A DNA stretch of 64,000 nucleotides, taken from Ginglymostoma cirratum. Taxonomy: Eukaryota. Below, piece by piece: positions 50,351-63,535 of the stretch; the first letter of the stretch is position 1, and every line of letters begins with the position of its first letter. The notes under the pieces are model-generated. The model worked only from the letters and a program-made list of their open reading frames with translations, was not told where the DNA came from and ran no database searches. The position numbers were made by a program, and so were the translations under genes. The stretch lies in contig JAHRHZ010000087.1 in the NCBI GenBank assembly GCA_024137785.1, forward strand, positions 10,795,415 through 10,859,414, written 5' to 3'.

Positions 50351-53300
50351 TCTTCCATTCACATTCTGGGCCTGATTTTCTCAACTTGTATCATTAATGG
50401 CTGGAGGTCAATATTGCAATCCAAGAACTGGTCTAAGAGTATTATACAGTTTCAGCATTTTATCATCTAACGTTTAACACCATCACTCTATTTACTTCAT
50501 TACACTGACCGCGGATGGTGTGAATTTTGATTAAATCTGGTACAAAAAAGGGCATAGTCCAAGGAAGAACAGATTTTTTTTCCAAATGTTTGTGTCTGGA
50601 TCCTGAAAAAAAATCTTGACATTGAGAAATAATTTTGTGGATTGTCTATACTGTGGTGCAATTTGTCACACTTTTCAAAGTGTGAGCAGACTGTTCAGAG
50701 CAAGTTGTTGAATATAGCATTGGCATGAAGCCTCTCAGTAAGATGGAAACACTTAAAAAATCTGTATTTTCAACTGTGTAGTCATAGGACATCAAGTAGA
50801 CAGGGAAACAGCTTGAAGAAGAACTTTCTTGAAGAAGAAATGCATAATTATAGTTAGCACAACGTTCCAAAGGTATGCATCTACTGAATGACCTATTCGT
50901 TGATGATTACTGTATTAGTGACTGATAAATATTGCATTAAATCTGTGAAAATTCTTATTGTTTGCAACTTCATCCTGAGTTATTTTGACACGTATTATGG
51001 AATACTTGCATTGCTATTTTCCCTCGCTACGTGATTCTGTGCATTCGGTGATATTAAATTTCATATTCAGTAAGTGGGCATAATAATTGAGTTACATAAA
51101 ATGCAAGTCCCAGGTGTCTCCTCAGAAACAAGTGCCTCTCTTTCACTTAGTATTGTATGCACATTGTTTGCATTGAGCTTCTGAATCCAAGCTGCTAATA
51201 TAAGTTACGCAGCTGGGCCTCTGAATAAAAATGTTGTTTAGTGTCATGTGCAGCAAATCCACCTGATGTAACTCTTCCAACGAGTACCTATTTCTCCCCA
51301 TCAACCAATATATTACCCACACTTGGGTTACGTACTGCGTCACGCCACTTAATCTTTATACTTTTTCAGGAAATTTTGTTAAATAGCTCTTAAGTGAAGT
51401 GTCACTACACCATTTCGTTGTCGACTTGGAACGTTGTCAAAATTTTTAAAAAAGGCAAAATCCTTTCCTTATTTTAATGGGTATTTAATTGGTTATTAAA
51501 GCACATGTCAGGATTGGCATTGAAGGCTTTGTCTCATTTACGCAAGATTAACATGAGCATGACACATCTTTAATTTTCAGCTTTTCTTATTCTTTTACAA
51601 ACCAAAATTGCTGCGCTAAACATTTTTGTCCTTGAAATAATATACTTTGGGTAATGAACAGTAATGGAGAAAGGTTTGTTTTTCTGAACAGAATCTGGTA
51701 AGTAATCAATGCAATGTCTGATTCTATAATTTTTCATGATTAATGATTCTGAAACTAATCACAATATGTTAACAGTGGGAAGCAAATTAGACAATCTATA
51801 TAAACAGTACACTTTTTTGTGGTGATCACCTTGAGAAATGCTTTTAACTAGTTTAAAAATAACCATGTTGCATTCTAGAAGAATAATCACTAAATACGAC
51901 ACCTGCAAAACTTCTGTTTCCAAAGTTAAGCTAATACAGTAAAGAGTGCTGATTGATTTTAAATTTTTTTTTCTTGTGGGATCGTAGTCCTTTTTTAATG
52001 ACAAAGTTTTTATTCTGTGTTATACCATTACTATTGCGTCAGATCTTATTTTCAATCATGGCTGTAGTCCAAAGACATCAAAAGCATTCGACCTCTTGAC
52101 TCCACCCTTTATAGCAGAATGCAACTTTTCTGATCCATCACAAACAGGTGAATCAACTTCCATTTGTAGGATTACAAACTAGAATTTTTCATAATGTATC
52201 TTCGAAATATATTTCTGGTCTTAGTTGCAGATCGTGTTTCCAAGACTTCAGCCTTGAAATGCACCTCACAACCATAAGTATTTAAAAAACTACCTCCAAA
52301 CAGGATTTTTTGTTATGCAAACCATTAACTTGTATCTCTTTCAATTAACACAGTATTGCCCAATGCTTGAATGAATAAAAAGAATTTTAGCATAGGGTTG
52401 TTGCTGGCAGAGTGCCATGCAAGAGGTTTGTGATAAATACAGTCCTTCTCTCTTAGCTGACCAAAACTAAGCAAAACAGTAGACAAAGAAAAAAAGATAA
52501 AGATGATTTCTTCAATTAACAATTACAAGTGTATTGCTAACATTTATTATAATACAATATGGAAAGTACTTCAGAAGCTAAGCAATAACAAACAAGTAAA
52601 ATATTATAAAGAACCAAGTACTCTAACATTTGGCATGTTCATTCTCGTATATTTTCCCTTTACTGGGATCTTCCAAAACTTTAAGCTTCATATCTTATGA
52701 TGCAATTTCTAATGGGCAGATTTTCCTTGAGCTTTGTAGGAAGTGTTGTACCGTCATGAGACAGGTACACATGAAGAGAATAATGAAAGTCTGTAACAGG
52801 ATGGTGAAATAGGGTGGTTGAGACCAGGAAATTGGACTGAGTTAAGGAACAACTGGATGCTGTAATTGGAAAATGGCAAGATGCTATTTTGGAATTTAAC
52901 ATTAAATAAGCTAAAGAATGCCATTCCTCTCAGTCTACTTTTTGAATCTGTGATTAAATCTATGTGCTAATTTTTCAGATATGAACAGCACAGCATGAGG
53001 CCTTGCCTACTGGAAATGCATATTGAGAAAAAGGCAGGTGCACTTTTTATTTTCTTTGCCCATATTATAGAAAATTATGTTTGCATATAATTTCCTGACA
53101 TTATCAAACAGGCTTTTTATTGGCAGCATTTGTCAGAAAATTGTTACTTTAGCATTCATCTGCTGCAAAACTAATGCATAATGACCGAGTATTACCAGTC
53201 CAGAGATATTCAATGGCCCAGACAAACAGTTGAATTAAACAGATTCTTCATCTGTGGAGCTACTGGACTAATTTTGCTGGATGAATCAACAAGGAGCCAT

Positions 53301-55359
53301 GTTTAGATGGAGTTTGGTCAGAGTACCAAGCTACAATGCTTTGGATTTACCTTTGGTTATGAGCAACAGGATTTTGAAATTAACCTTCACATTTCTGGAA
53401 TAATGTGGTGATCTTGTTCGTGTGGTCTATATATAATATGTTGGAAAACCTTTAGAGGACAGGTTGCAAGCATATTAACCGTGTCATTTTCTGATAGAAT
53501 AAATTGGTCTTAAATATTGGTCCTTATTTTGAATGGAGATTTACAAAACTATTTCAATTTTGGGGCTTGGAATAGTTAGTCTAAATACTGTTGTGTTAGT
53601 TTAAAAACTATTTCAGTAAAACTGATGTTAACAAGTATCATCATTGGTTTGGATTAATCCAATGCATATCATTGAAAATATTCCTATTCAAGAAATGCTA
53701 GAGAATGAAAATATTCAGCATGTTTTGTACTTAAAAGAATTTTGCATGGAAGAAACCATTGGCCAATAGATATTGTTGGTTTTACTTCTGTCTAAAATCA
53801 AATGTGGTTGTAAAAATGTTGTATGTAACACATCACACTTAAGCAGTTAGAGACCCAATCAACAGTGCAATCACTTTTTCTCAATTCCCCACAGAACCAG
53901 TAGATGATGCCATGCTATCCTGTTACATGGCACAGGCATGAAAAATGTGAAACCTTTTTGTCTTTTGAATGAAAATCACTGAGCCAAAATAGCACCATGA
54001 CATTGCAGTGCTGAAAGAACAGAAACATGGGTCCTGTAAGGAAAGCACAGGGCTTTTGGTTAGCATTTTTGTCATGATCTCTTGTCGGCTTTGTGCAGCT
54101 AATTAATTTCCTGCAGCTTAAAAGAACTGCAGTAAGGCACAAGGCAGCTTTAATACAAGGGGAGCTTGGTTCTTAGTGGCATTTACCCCATTATTTAAAG
54201 AACTGTTGTCTATTTAATGACTTTTTTTCTTATTTTACAGTGCTATCATCTATTTCAGGAACTAAATTACTGAAGTGATTTTTTTTTCAAATGAGGGTCT
54301 GTTGATAGCGATTACAAAATCAGTAATGCGTAGCCTTTCTCTAACATATTTTTGAAAGATCTGCATTAAAAGATTTATGTCAAACTGACTTTGTTCTATA
54401 TTACTAAACATGATGTCACAAAGAATAATTAGAGCTTTAATGGGTGAATTAAAATACGAAGCCTTTGGCTAGCCTATTATCTGGTGCTGCTATTATTTTG
54501 AATAGCTGAGCAGCAGGCTTCAAATACAGAGAATTATGGTCCACACCAGATTTGATGCTTCATTTGAAATAAATTCTATACTTCGACTGTAAGTACCCAA
54601 ACTGCAATTCCAATAGCAGGTAATTTTCTCCTGTATTGCCTTCATTCTGCATCTAAGTACCATTCCATATTAGTTCTGAAATTTTAGATGCAGAAGAGGC
54701 CATTGCTTACTGATATTGACAAAGACATTTAGCAGCAGCTCCCCACCAAAGATACTTTGCTGTGTTCCTTTATTCAATAAAACTACTTCGTGTGCCTATT
54801 TATTCTTGCCTTATGCTGAAGTTGATTCAATCTAGTAACAACAATTTGTCATTCTAAAAAATATACCCCGCTTGATTTTTTTTTTCCTTTGGATTTTCCA
54901 AGTTACTTATCTTCATTATATTATCTTGTCACTGGCATCATCATCATCACAGATCAATGTTTCACATTTTCTCCAATTGATTGGGATGATTTTAGGATGT
55001 GTCAAACAGATGTGCATTTGAAGAATGATGCACATTGAATCTGGATAAAAAGGAGGATTGAAGACCAGAAATCTGCTTTTACTTTAATACAATGAAGTGA
55101 GAGGTTACACATTGAGATACGAGACTACAGATGGACCTGTGCTTCTAATTATTCTTATAATGGAGTGTTAACAGCACATGTACAATATTTTCACTTTAGC
55201 TGACCCTCTGAATTGGTAAAATAAATAATTGTGCCCTTCTTAAATTTATCTTCGATAGTTGCAAAGCGTAAGTGCCACAATAACCATGCAAAGTAATGGG
55301 AGCAATGCTCTAAATGTTTATTTGCTTAATCTTTCTATGATCTGTTTACTGATTTATAC

Positions 55360-56462
55360 TAGTCAGAGCCCTACAGCTGTATGCCGTAGAAGCAAACTCT
55401 TTGGCCCAACTTGTCCATGCCAACCAGATGTCCTAAATTAATCTAGTCCCATTTGCCAGCACTTGACCACATATATCTGTAAGCTCTTCCAATTCATGTA
55501 CCCATCCAGATGCCTTTTAAATGTTGTCAATTGTACCAGCCTCCACCACTTGCCCTGGCAGCTCATTTCATACACACCACTCTGTGTGTTGAAAAAGTTG
55601 CCCCTCAGGTCCCTTTTATATCTTTCCCCTCTCACCTTAAACCTATGCCGTCTAGTTTTGGACTCCCCTACCCTGGGGAAAAGACTTGGCTACTTACTAT
55701 ATCCATGCTCCTCATGATTTTATAAACTTCTATATGGTCACCCCTCCAATGTTCCAGGGAAAATAGCCCCAGCCTATTCAGCTTCTCCCTATAGCTCAAA
55801 CCTTCCAACCCTGGCAACATCCTTGTAAATATTTTCTGAACCCTTCGAAGTTTCACAACATCCTCCCGATAGTAGGAGACCAGAATTGCAGACTAGTATT
55901 CCGAAAGTGGCTTAGCCAATGTCCTGTACAGACACAGCATGACCTCCCAGATTCTACAGTCCAATGCACTGACTGTTAAAGGCAAGCATACCTGACTATC
56001 CTGTTTACCTACAACTCCACTTTCAAGGAACTATGGACCTGCAATCCAAGGTCTCTTTGTTCAGCAGCACTCAACAGGACCTTACCGCTAAGTGTATCAT
56101 CAGTCCTGCCCTGATTTGCCTGTCCAAAATTCGGCACCTCACGTTTATCTAAATTAAACTCCAACTGCTACTCCTCGGCCCACTGGCCTATCTGATTAAA
56201 GTCCCGATGTACTCGGAGGTAACCAGCTTTGCTGTCCAATTTTGGTGTTCTCTGCAAACCTAGTAACCATACCGCCTATGTTCACATTCTAAATCGTTCA
56301 GGTAGGTGACAAAAAGCAGTAGACCCAGCACCAATCCTTGTGCCACACCACTGGTCAGAGGCCTCCAATCTGAAAAGCAATCCTCTACCACCACCTTCTG
56401 TCTCCTACCTTTTGAGCCAGTTCTGCATCCAAATGGCTAGTTGTCCCCATATTCCATGTGAC
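55360..56462 (-). mobile_element. CR1 LINE 3' portion
   Basis: Minus ORFs KLRRVQKIFTRMLPGLEGLSYREKLNRLGLFSLE..RGDHIEVYKIM and RGERYKRDLRGNFF; upstream fragment of the RT FA.DTK region (tttgcagagaacaccaaaattgg). Confidence 0.92.
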
Positions 56463-56789
56463 CTGTGACAAAAATTGAATCTTCGGGGAATAGTCAACAA
56501 AGGCTCCCAAGTACCTCTTAACTTTTGTTTTAAGGTGTGAAATGCATAGATATTATTTGACTCAATTTAACTCTGTTCCTTAATGGTCTAATTTTTCTGA
56601 CCAGTGTGCATTCTGTTGAGTTTGTAAATGTGCAAAGCGAAAAGCATTAGCATGAACAGAAGCTAGAAATTGATGAGGAATTGGACACCATTCTGATTTG
56701 GAATACCAAGTTCGAGTACTATCACTTGAATCCAACATGACTGGGCAAAAGACTTGTAGGACAACTTAGTGACATACTTAAACAAGAAA

Positions 56790-56925
56790 AAATCCAAAAG
56801 AACTGTGGATGCTGGAAATCAGGAACAAAAACAAAAATTGCTAGAAAATTTCAGCAGGTCTGGCAGCATCTGTGGAGAGAAAATCGACTTAAAATTCTGT
56901 GTCCAGTCACCTTCCTTCAGAACCT
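56790..56925 (-). mobile_element. Second Penelope-like terminal repeat subfamily
   Basis: Reverse complement of 46440-46573; ends ccagtcaccttccttcagaac (antisense CTGAAGGA core). Confidence 0.65.
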
Positions 56926-56929
56926 GTGT

Positions 56930-57082
56930 TGGATAGTTTAAGGGGAAATTTCTCTAATTTGGGGTTCAAGCAGCTGATGGAACAATCCTGAACAGTGGAG
57001 CAATTAAAATTGGGGATGCACAAGAGACCAGAATTAGAGGGCCACTAAGTGGTGTAAGGTTAGAGGAAGTTACGAAGATACC
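56930..57082 (-). mobile_element. L2-type LINE fragment
   Basis: tttaaggggaaatttctctaatttggggttcaagcagctgatgg, matching 19945-19990. Confidence 0.5.
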
Positions 57083-58623
57083 GATCAGCGGAAGGATGCA
57101 CTAATGGTGACCGATTTGCTTTGTTGCCTGTCAGAAAAAGCAGCTAAACCGCCTTCATTCAAGCATTGCAAACCAGTTGGAATGAAAAATGAAAGTGTTG
57201 CTAGGTGTTCCTTTGCAACTGATAACCCACTTACAATGGGTGCTTTTTTTTTTGTTGGTCGCCACCCAGTAATAAGTCCAGAAATCAAAGTGGTAGGTTT
57301 ATGAAGCTAAGATTGTGTAAGGATCTGTTGAGTGTCATTTTTTATTCTGTCTTTTAACAGCACAGTCATGAGATGAAAAGTCTAATGACAGCTGGAAAGG
57401 TGTTCAGCCAGGGAAAGTCAGCAGTCTATCTTTTAGTTAACTGTATATTTGTACCTTTCTAACATTTGTATTGGCTTGTGATCATAATTTCACAGCAGCA
57501 CTTAAAGCGCAAATGCTTTTAACAATGAGTATTTTTGTAATAGTTCTCACCAAACCACTCCTTGTGTCAATTAGAATCTGATATCAAACGAAGAAATCAT
57601 TTTTATTGCCAAGTTTAAGATTTGATGCTGGAGGTGTCTGTGAATTATTTATTTCCTTTATAGTGCTAAAATCCACTTGTTTTTCATTGATTTTCTGTGG
57701 AGGGTGTGGTGGAATCTGTGCCAAAAAAACCAAGCCCAGTTTTATTAGTAGTTGCTGTGCGTGATATTTGTTGCTGGATCCATTATTAAAATCTACTCTT
57801 ACTTGTCACTCTTATTTGATGGGAAATAGTTATCATTCTGCAGCTGAAAAGATGCTTCAGTATCATCGTTTCTTCAAACATCCGCATGATTTCGCTTTTC
57901 AACTTTTCTTCAGATAAAAGACTGAATGAGCATTGCTCTTTATGCAATTTATGTAATTTGACCATCAATTTAAGAAAACTATTTTAATTCAGACTTGGTT
58001 CAACTGAGTCTTATGACTCTGATCCAGATTTTATTTGACTTTGTATGATGCAATGGGCATTTAGAATTCTAATCAAGCTAGGTCAGTTAGAAATGTATGG
58101 CATGTCATCACTTAGGATCAACATTCCCTGTATGCTGGCCATTCCTAGGTTCCATGCACAATTGACTTCTGGTTTTGGATGTTGCTGTTGCACATGGACC
58201 TTGAGTCCGGGCCCTAATAAAGAAATTTAGGGAATGTTGCTTGCGATGTTGGGTGGGCGAGTGACACTGCCACTCCCTCATCTATGCTAGCACACTCTGT
58301 CTCCTTATCGCTGCAGGAAGCCTTGAGCTTCCATCTTCCCAACACCAATTCTTCAGACTGGTATCATTAACATGCCTGGCAATTGTAAATTTTCACATGA
58401 CATCCAAAATGTGCAGTTGTGAATACAGTATACAGAATTCACCCGTTATGCTACATTGTTTGAGTCAAGAACTCAAGTCGCAGCTCATTGATGATAGTTC
58501 ATTCTTATTTATGCTAATACTTTGTTTACACAAGGATAAATTAAAATCAACGCTGCTGTCTATTATCAGTTCTTGAGTAGTTGGAAGAAGATTAGGTAAG
58601 CTGAAATGAATGCTGAAACTTTC

Positions 58624-58659
58624 GATGACATGCAAATTTGTGAAGCATTCCATTTTTTT
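58624..58659 (+). pseudogene. RNU6: U6 snRNA 3'-terminal fragment
   Basis: gatgacatgcaaatttgtgaagcattccattttttt vs U6 GATGACACGCAAATTCGTGAAGCGTTCCATATTTTT: 32/36 identical, and three of the four differences are CpG transitions. Confidence 0.85.
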
Positions 58660-58673
58660 GACTTATAGCATTA

Positions 58674-59015
58674 GGGCGGCACAGTCGGTCTGTGGTTTGC
58701 ACTGCTGCTTCTCAACGCCAGGGACCTGTGTTCGATTCCACCCTCGGGTGACTGTCTGTGTAGAGTTTACGCATTCTCCCTGTGTCTGCGTGAGTTTCCT
58801 CTGGGTGCTCCGGTTTCCTCCCACAGTCCAAAGATGTGCAGGCTAGGTTAATTGGTCATGCTCAATTGCCTATAGTGTTCAGGGGTATGTAGATTAGGTG
58901 GGTTTATTGGGGGATGGGTCTGGGTGGGATGCTGTGTGGGTCGGTGTGGACTTGTTGGTCCGAAGGCCCTGTTTCCACACTGCAGGGATTCTATGGTCTA
59001 TGATGATCTATGATC
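58674..59015 (+). mobile_element. HE1-type V-SINE, full length
   Basis: gggcggcacagt.. head with B-box gttcgattcc, V-core, tail ccgaaggccctgtttccacactgcagggattctatg..ctatgat repeats. Confidence 0.92.
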
Positions 59016-59639
59016 TGAAGTACTGATCGGTACCTCTAAGCAAAATGCCATCTGATACGTTGATGCATTGTTTGTTTAGGTTTAAGTACATTGTAAGAGA
59101 TGTAGTTTTGTCACCATTTGGAATGAGCTACACTTCCAGAAGCACCAACAATGATACACTGTTCTTCATGTGGACAACATTCCCTGCAATGGTTGCTGTT
59201 TTATCATTAAACAACTACTTTCATTGACAGTTGAGGTTTTTAAAAATATTTCTTTGTATGTTCATACTTGTGATTTTGGTGCCTTTTCCATAATGTCTAA
59301 ATACACTTAACTCAGTGCCAAATGGACAAGAATATTGAATATCACAAAAGTACTGAATCACTTCAAATAAGGATGTCTGTAAGTGGCAATGAGTTTAGGA
59401 AGGCGTATTTAGCCCATTTTTCTTTTGGTCTATAACCATGCAATGTGATGTACACTTTCCAAGCGGAGTCCTCATTTGTTTTGTCTGTAAAGTAATCAGA
59501 AGTAATTATTCAGATAAAATCTGATCTAATAATTCTAAATGAAGTGAACATGTTTTTATGAATAATAGAATGAAACAATGAACTCTCATAGACTTTGTAT
59601 CTAATGAGTATCTTGAAGTCCATTCTTTGCTCAATGCCA

Positions 59640-60065
59640 ACTGTAACTCAGTTGGTAGAATTCTCACCTCTGAGATGGAAGATTTGTCAAGTTGAAGCTC
59701 TCATTTCAATGCAGCAATGAGGGAGAGTTGTCAGAGGTGCTTTTTTTTTTGTGGATTCAACATGAAATGAAACAAAGACCCTTTAAGCTCCCCTGTATGG
59801 ACATAAAACAAAGACCCATAGCTTGCAAAGACATGCAGGGGAGTAATCCCTGATAGCTATTCTTTTATGTTTTTCTCTCCTTGAACATCACTAAGGAGAG
59901 ACTATCTGGTCATTAATCTTTTTGCTGTTTGTAGGAGCTTGCTGTGTGCAAATTAACTGCATTGTTTCCTTCAACAGTAACTAAACTTCAGAAGTACCTT
60001 ATTGGTAAGTTAAGTGCTTTGGGACATCCTATGGTCAGAAGATGTGCAAACATGTCCGTCTTTCT
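59640..60065 (+). mobile_element. DeuSINE (SacSINE1-like), near full length
   Basis: tRNA-like head taactcagttggtagaattctcacctctgag, Deu domain catcactaa..tatctggtcatt..ttgctgtttgtaggagcttgctgtgtgcaaatt, L2-like tail gtgctttgggacatcct. Confidence 0.75.
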
Positions 60066-61039
60066 AAACTACATACTGGTTACATTCAACCCTCTAAATA
60101 GTGAATAGCTCGGCAAAACTTTGCATCTCCAGTTGTTCAGGTGCTGACTCAGATTTTCTTCAGCGGCAACAGAAGTCCCGCCACTGTGGCTGAAAGTGAT
60201 GAGCGACCTTGATTTGCTGGACAATGATACTTGAGGACCCATTGGATTCCACAGTACAGTTAAATAGCTAACTGTAGCTGCCATACAGTTAGGGATGGTG
60301 GCCTGCTGGCCAAATGAAAGTGCAGTGTGAAGACATCGGACGCTTTCTCACACCTTTTTTGCTTGCCTTTCTCTACTAAAATTCCAGCCTCTGATTTGTT
60401 ACCACATTTTTAGTACGGTAAATTATGAAGGAGCAATTTGTATAATGTCACAATGACAGTGTTCCATTGATCAGAGATCATAATATGAGACTGTAACTCT
60501 AGAATGATATATTAAGAGAACTCGAGGGGGAAATAGAATTTCTGAAGTGTTTATCCAATTCCTTGTTGAAAGTAGCAGTTTAGTCTACTTTTCATGCATT
60601 CCAGATCACAATAATGCAAAATGTTTTTATAAAACAAAAGTTGAAGCATGGAGTTAATTGGGTAGGATTAGGTTAGGTAACTCATTGCAGGGGGGAGAAA
60701 AGGCCATGATTTAATGGAATAAATATTGTGCTGTCTTCAGTTGTATTCTTTGTTTTTGTAATGTAATTAGGCTCTCTGTGTTTTACTTCTCACTCCTTTC
60801 AGACTATTTCTGAACTACGTTTGGTCCATACTCAGGCAAAGACCTGCCTTGCTCTGATTTACTTTTATGATCATTAAGATCAGCCTGTTAATGTCACATG
60901 AATGTTACATGAAAGGTTCCATATGGAATAGTTGGCTAGATTAAGATTCTACATTTGCAAGTTTCTGAAAGTTGGTGGTTTCTTCCAACTTTCCGTTTCT
61001 ATCCTCGAAAAGCACGGTACAAATAAAGTAACACTGGCA

Positions 61040-61650
61040 ACTTGGATAAAAGTAATCTGTTTGTGTTGGAAAATGTCTCAAGGTGCTCCATAAAGGCATA
61101 AGCAAACACAAATAGATGCTTAAATAGAAACAAAAAAAAAATATCAGGAGGTTGAGCAAAACGTTAGTTAAAGAGATGAATTTTAAGGAGAGTTTTAATA
61201 GATGAAATGGATCTAATGAGGGTTAGGAAAGGAATTCAACAGAATTAGATGTCAATGGCTATCGATGCAATCATGTTGATGCTGTCAACAGTGGGGGATG
61301 GAAACGTGCATAGGAGGCCAGAGACAATGGGATGGAGTGCTGTAAAGTTGAAGGAGCTTCCAGTGAAAGGTATGATGTTAACAAATTTTAATTGGGAGAT
61401 GTGGGTGAATTGGGGATTATTGACCAACAAAGAACATAATGATGAGTAAGCACATCTTGATGCAGGCTGTGTTGGGGTCAGCAGAGGTTTAGATCAATTG
61501 AAGTTCTTTGAAGGAAGTGGGAATGGGAGACCAGCAAGGTGGACATTGGGTGAGTTGAGTTTTGGAGTAGCAAAAGTAGGTTGAAAGTAACAAGCCATGT
61601 GGGTCAAGGCAAAGACAGACTAAGTGTCTTTGTGATATGAAAACAGTAAC
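61040..61650 (-). mobile_element. L2-type LINE 3' fragment
   Basis: aaaatgtctcaaggtgctccat..ggttaggaaaggaattcaacag; same family as 19780. Confidence 0.6.
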
Positions 61651-61696
61651 AAGTGAGCATTTATGATAGAACAACAACAATTAAACGTGAACAACA

Positions 61697-61852
61697 AAGC
61701 AAAAAAGTGTGAATGTTGTAAATCTAAATTGAGAAATTCCTGGTGATATTCAGTTCTGATAAAAGGGCATTAAACTGAAATTTTAACTCTGGCTCGCTCT
61801 CTCTCTACGAAGATGCTGCCTGCCTGACCTGTTGAGTCCTTCCAGCCATTTG
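61697..61852. mobile_element. Old Penelope-like terminal repeat, apparently two inverted partial arms
   Basis: aaagtgtgaatgttgtaaatct.. followed by gttctgataaaagggcattaaactgaaattttaactct..gatgctgcctg..acctgttgag..tccagc. Confidence 0.5.
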
Positions 61853-62688
61853 TCACAACTTGCAGTAATTACATGCGGGAACGGAATTGGGTTTTTTGAC
61901 TTAATGCCACAATAGGTGAAAAGAATACAGTTTCCCAACTGATATAATTTTATATATTACATCAGAAACCAATCAGTTGAATAATATGTCAAATTGCAAA
62001 GCTACACACAAGTACAATTCTCCAGCATTTTTCAGTGTCTTGAAATGTATTGGAAGTTGTTTGTGATATGTAGCCTGATTTAACTGAGGTATAGCAGGTA
62101 TGAGCAGTTATCTGATAGACTAGTAGTAGGCTGAATGATTTTCATTTTCCATACAAAACTTTGGCTAGACAGCTGAAGTTGGCAGGCAATTACATCCGTG
62201 GTATTTTGTCGAAATAGATTTTTGAAAAGTCAGTGGACAGAAAGTCCCTCGAGCTTAGTTGCACCGTCAGAGCACTCTGCCAAATTATGCATAAGTTCTG
62301 ATGTAGTTGATTCTTCTATGACAATACAGTACTGCTTTTTGTTTAGAGCCACTGACTTGCATCTTTCAGATACCTTTTGCTGAACTAATGTGTTTTCATA
62401 TTGTTTGATCTTGTTGGCTCAGTTACCAAGATCTTTTTGTGCAAAAATCCTACTTTTTTTAAACTAAAGATGTTTTCCTTTTCACTCTTTTATCTTCACC
62501 TGTACTTGCCTACCTGTAAGGCAGAGCGGTGTCTGAAGTTGTCTGTCACCATGGTTAAGGAAAAGAAAGATCAGGGATGGTAAACTGCTTGGTGTTTAGT
62601 TGATGGAAGATGAGTTGCTGTGTTTCACATTTCCATGGTGCATCTGTTCCCAGTGGGTGCAATAACTGATGTGTAAATTTGCACATAT

Positions 62689-63535
62689 GGGGCTGGATTT
62701 TCCAACAAATTATCATCACATGCAGATTATTACTCCACTCATTTTTTACATAATAAAAGAGCTACCCACTTTTCTGACAAGAGATTCCAGTCACAGGCTC
62801 CTTCTGAAATGCAAAGCTGTACTTGAATTCTGACGGATCTCTTGTGGCATTGAATTGTCAGGGAATACAAACCATGCCCACTTATCCCAGCACTCTGTTA
62901 CCATATTCTGAGTTTTAAAGGGCCACCATCACAAGCAGCCATTTTGACAGCTCCTGTAAAAGAGCAAGGGCACAAAGTTAGCATGCCAGGGGTGGAGTGT
63001 GTAAGATGCTGGGCGATAGGGTGCAAAGTGCAGGGCCCTAGGTGGCAAGAGGAATCAGTCAGGATGTGTGGGAGATATTGGGCTCAGCAGTGGAGTGATG
63101 CTTATTGATGTGGTGGTGGTAGGGAATATCAGGTTCAGGGAGGAATGTCAGGATGTCAGGTCGTCCGGTCTTGTGACAGAAGTGGGGAAGGTGGTTTGTT
63201 GTCATGTATGGGTGAGGAGAGTGTTGGTTCAGAGTCTGGAGATGTGTAGTTGGGGTTGGGGAGCTATTAATTTGCAGGTTAGTTGAATAGTTTCTTAAGC
63301 GTTAGGCTAGGTTTTTAACAGTCTAACTTTTCCTACGCAAGTACCTACTTAACTAAAATGCAACTCTCAATTCTTCAATTTAAATGGTTACTTTTGAGGT
63401 TAGCAATTGTACGGGCATTGCCTAGTGGAATCTTCAATTGTGTAGGCAATTCCTTTGGAGTCTGCTGCAACAGGAATGCCACAGGGTCCCTGTGCACAAC
63501 TCCCATCGCAGCTTCAAAAATGATTATCTTGCCAT
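62689..63535. mobile_element. Possible non-autonomous DNA element (Harbinger-like end)
   Basis: Starts ggggctggattttcc, with similar starts at 42867, 45828 and 50368. GC-richer interior; no coding evidence. Confidence 0.25.

Noticed and set aside
52979-53037. Possible exon YEQHSMRPCLLEMHIEKKA
   Set aside because: Weak donor (gtgcac), phase incompatible with the other candidates, no recognisable homology.
59640-59710. tRNA gene
   Set aside because: Only a decayed SINE head with no cloverleaf. The same applies to 7812 and 58674.
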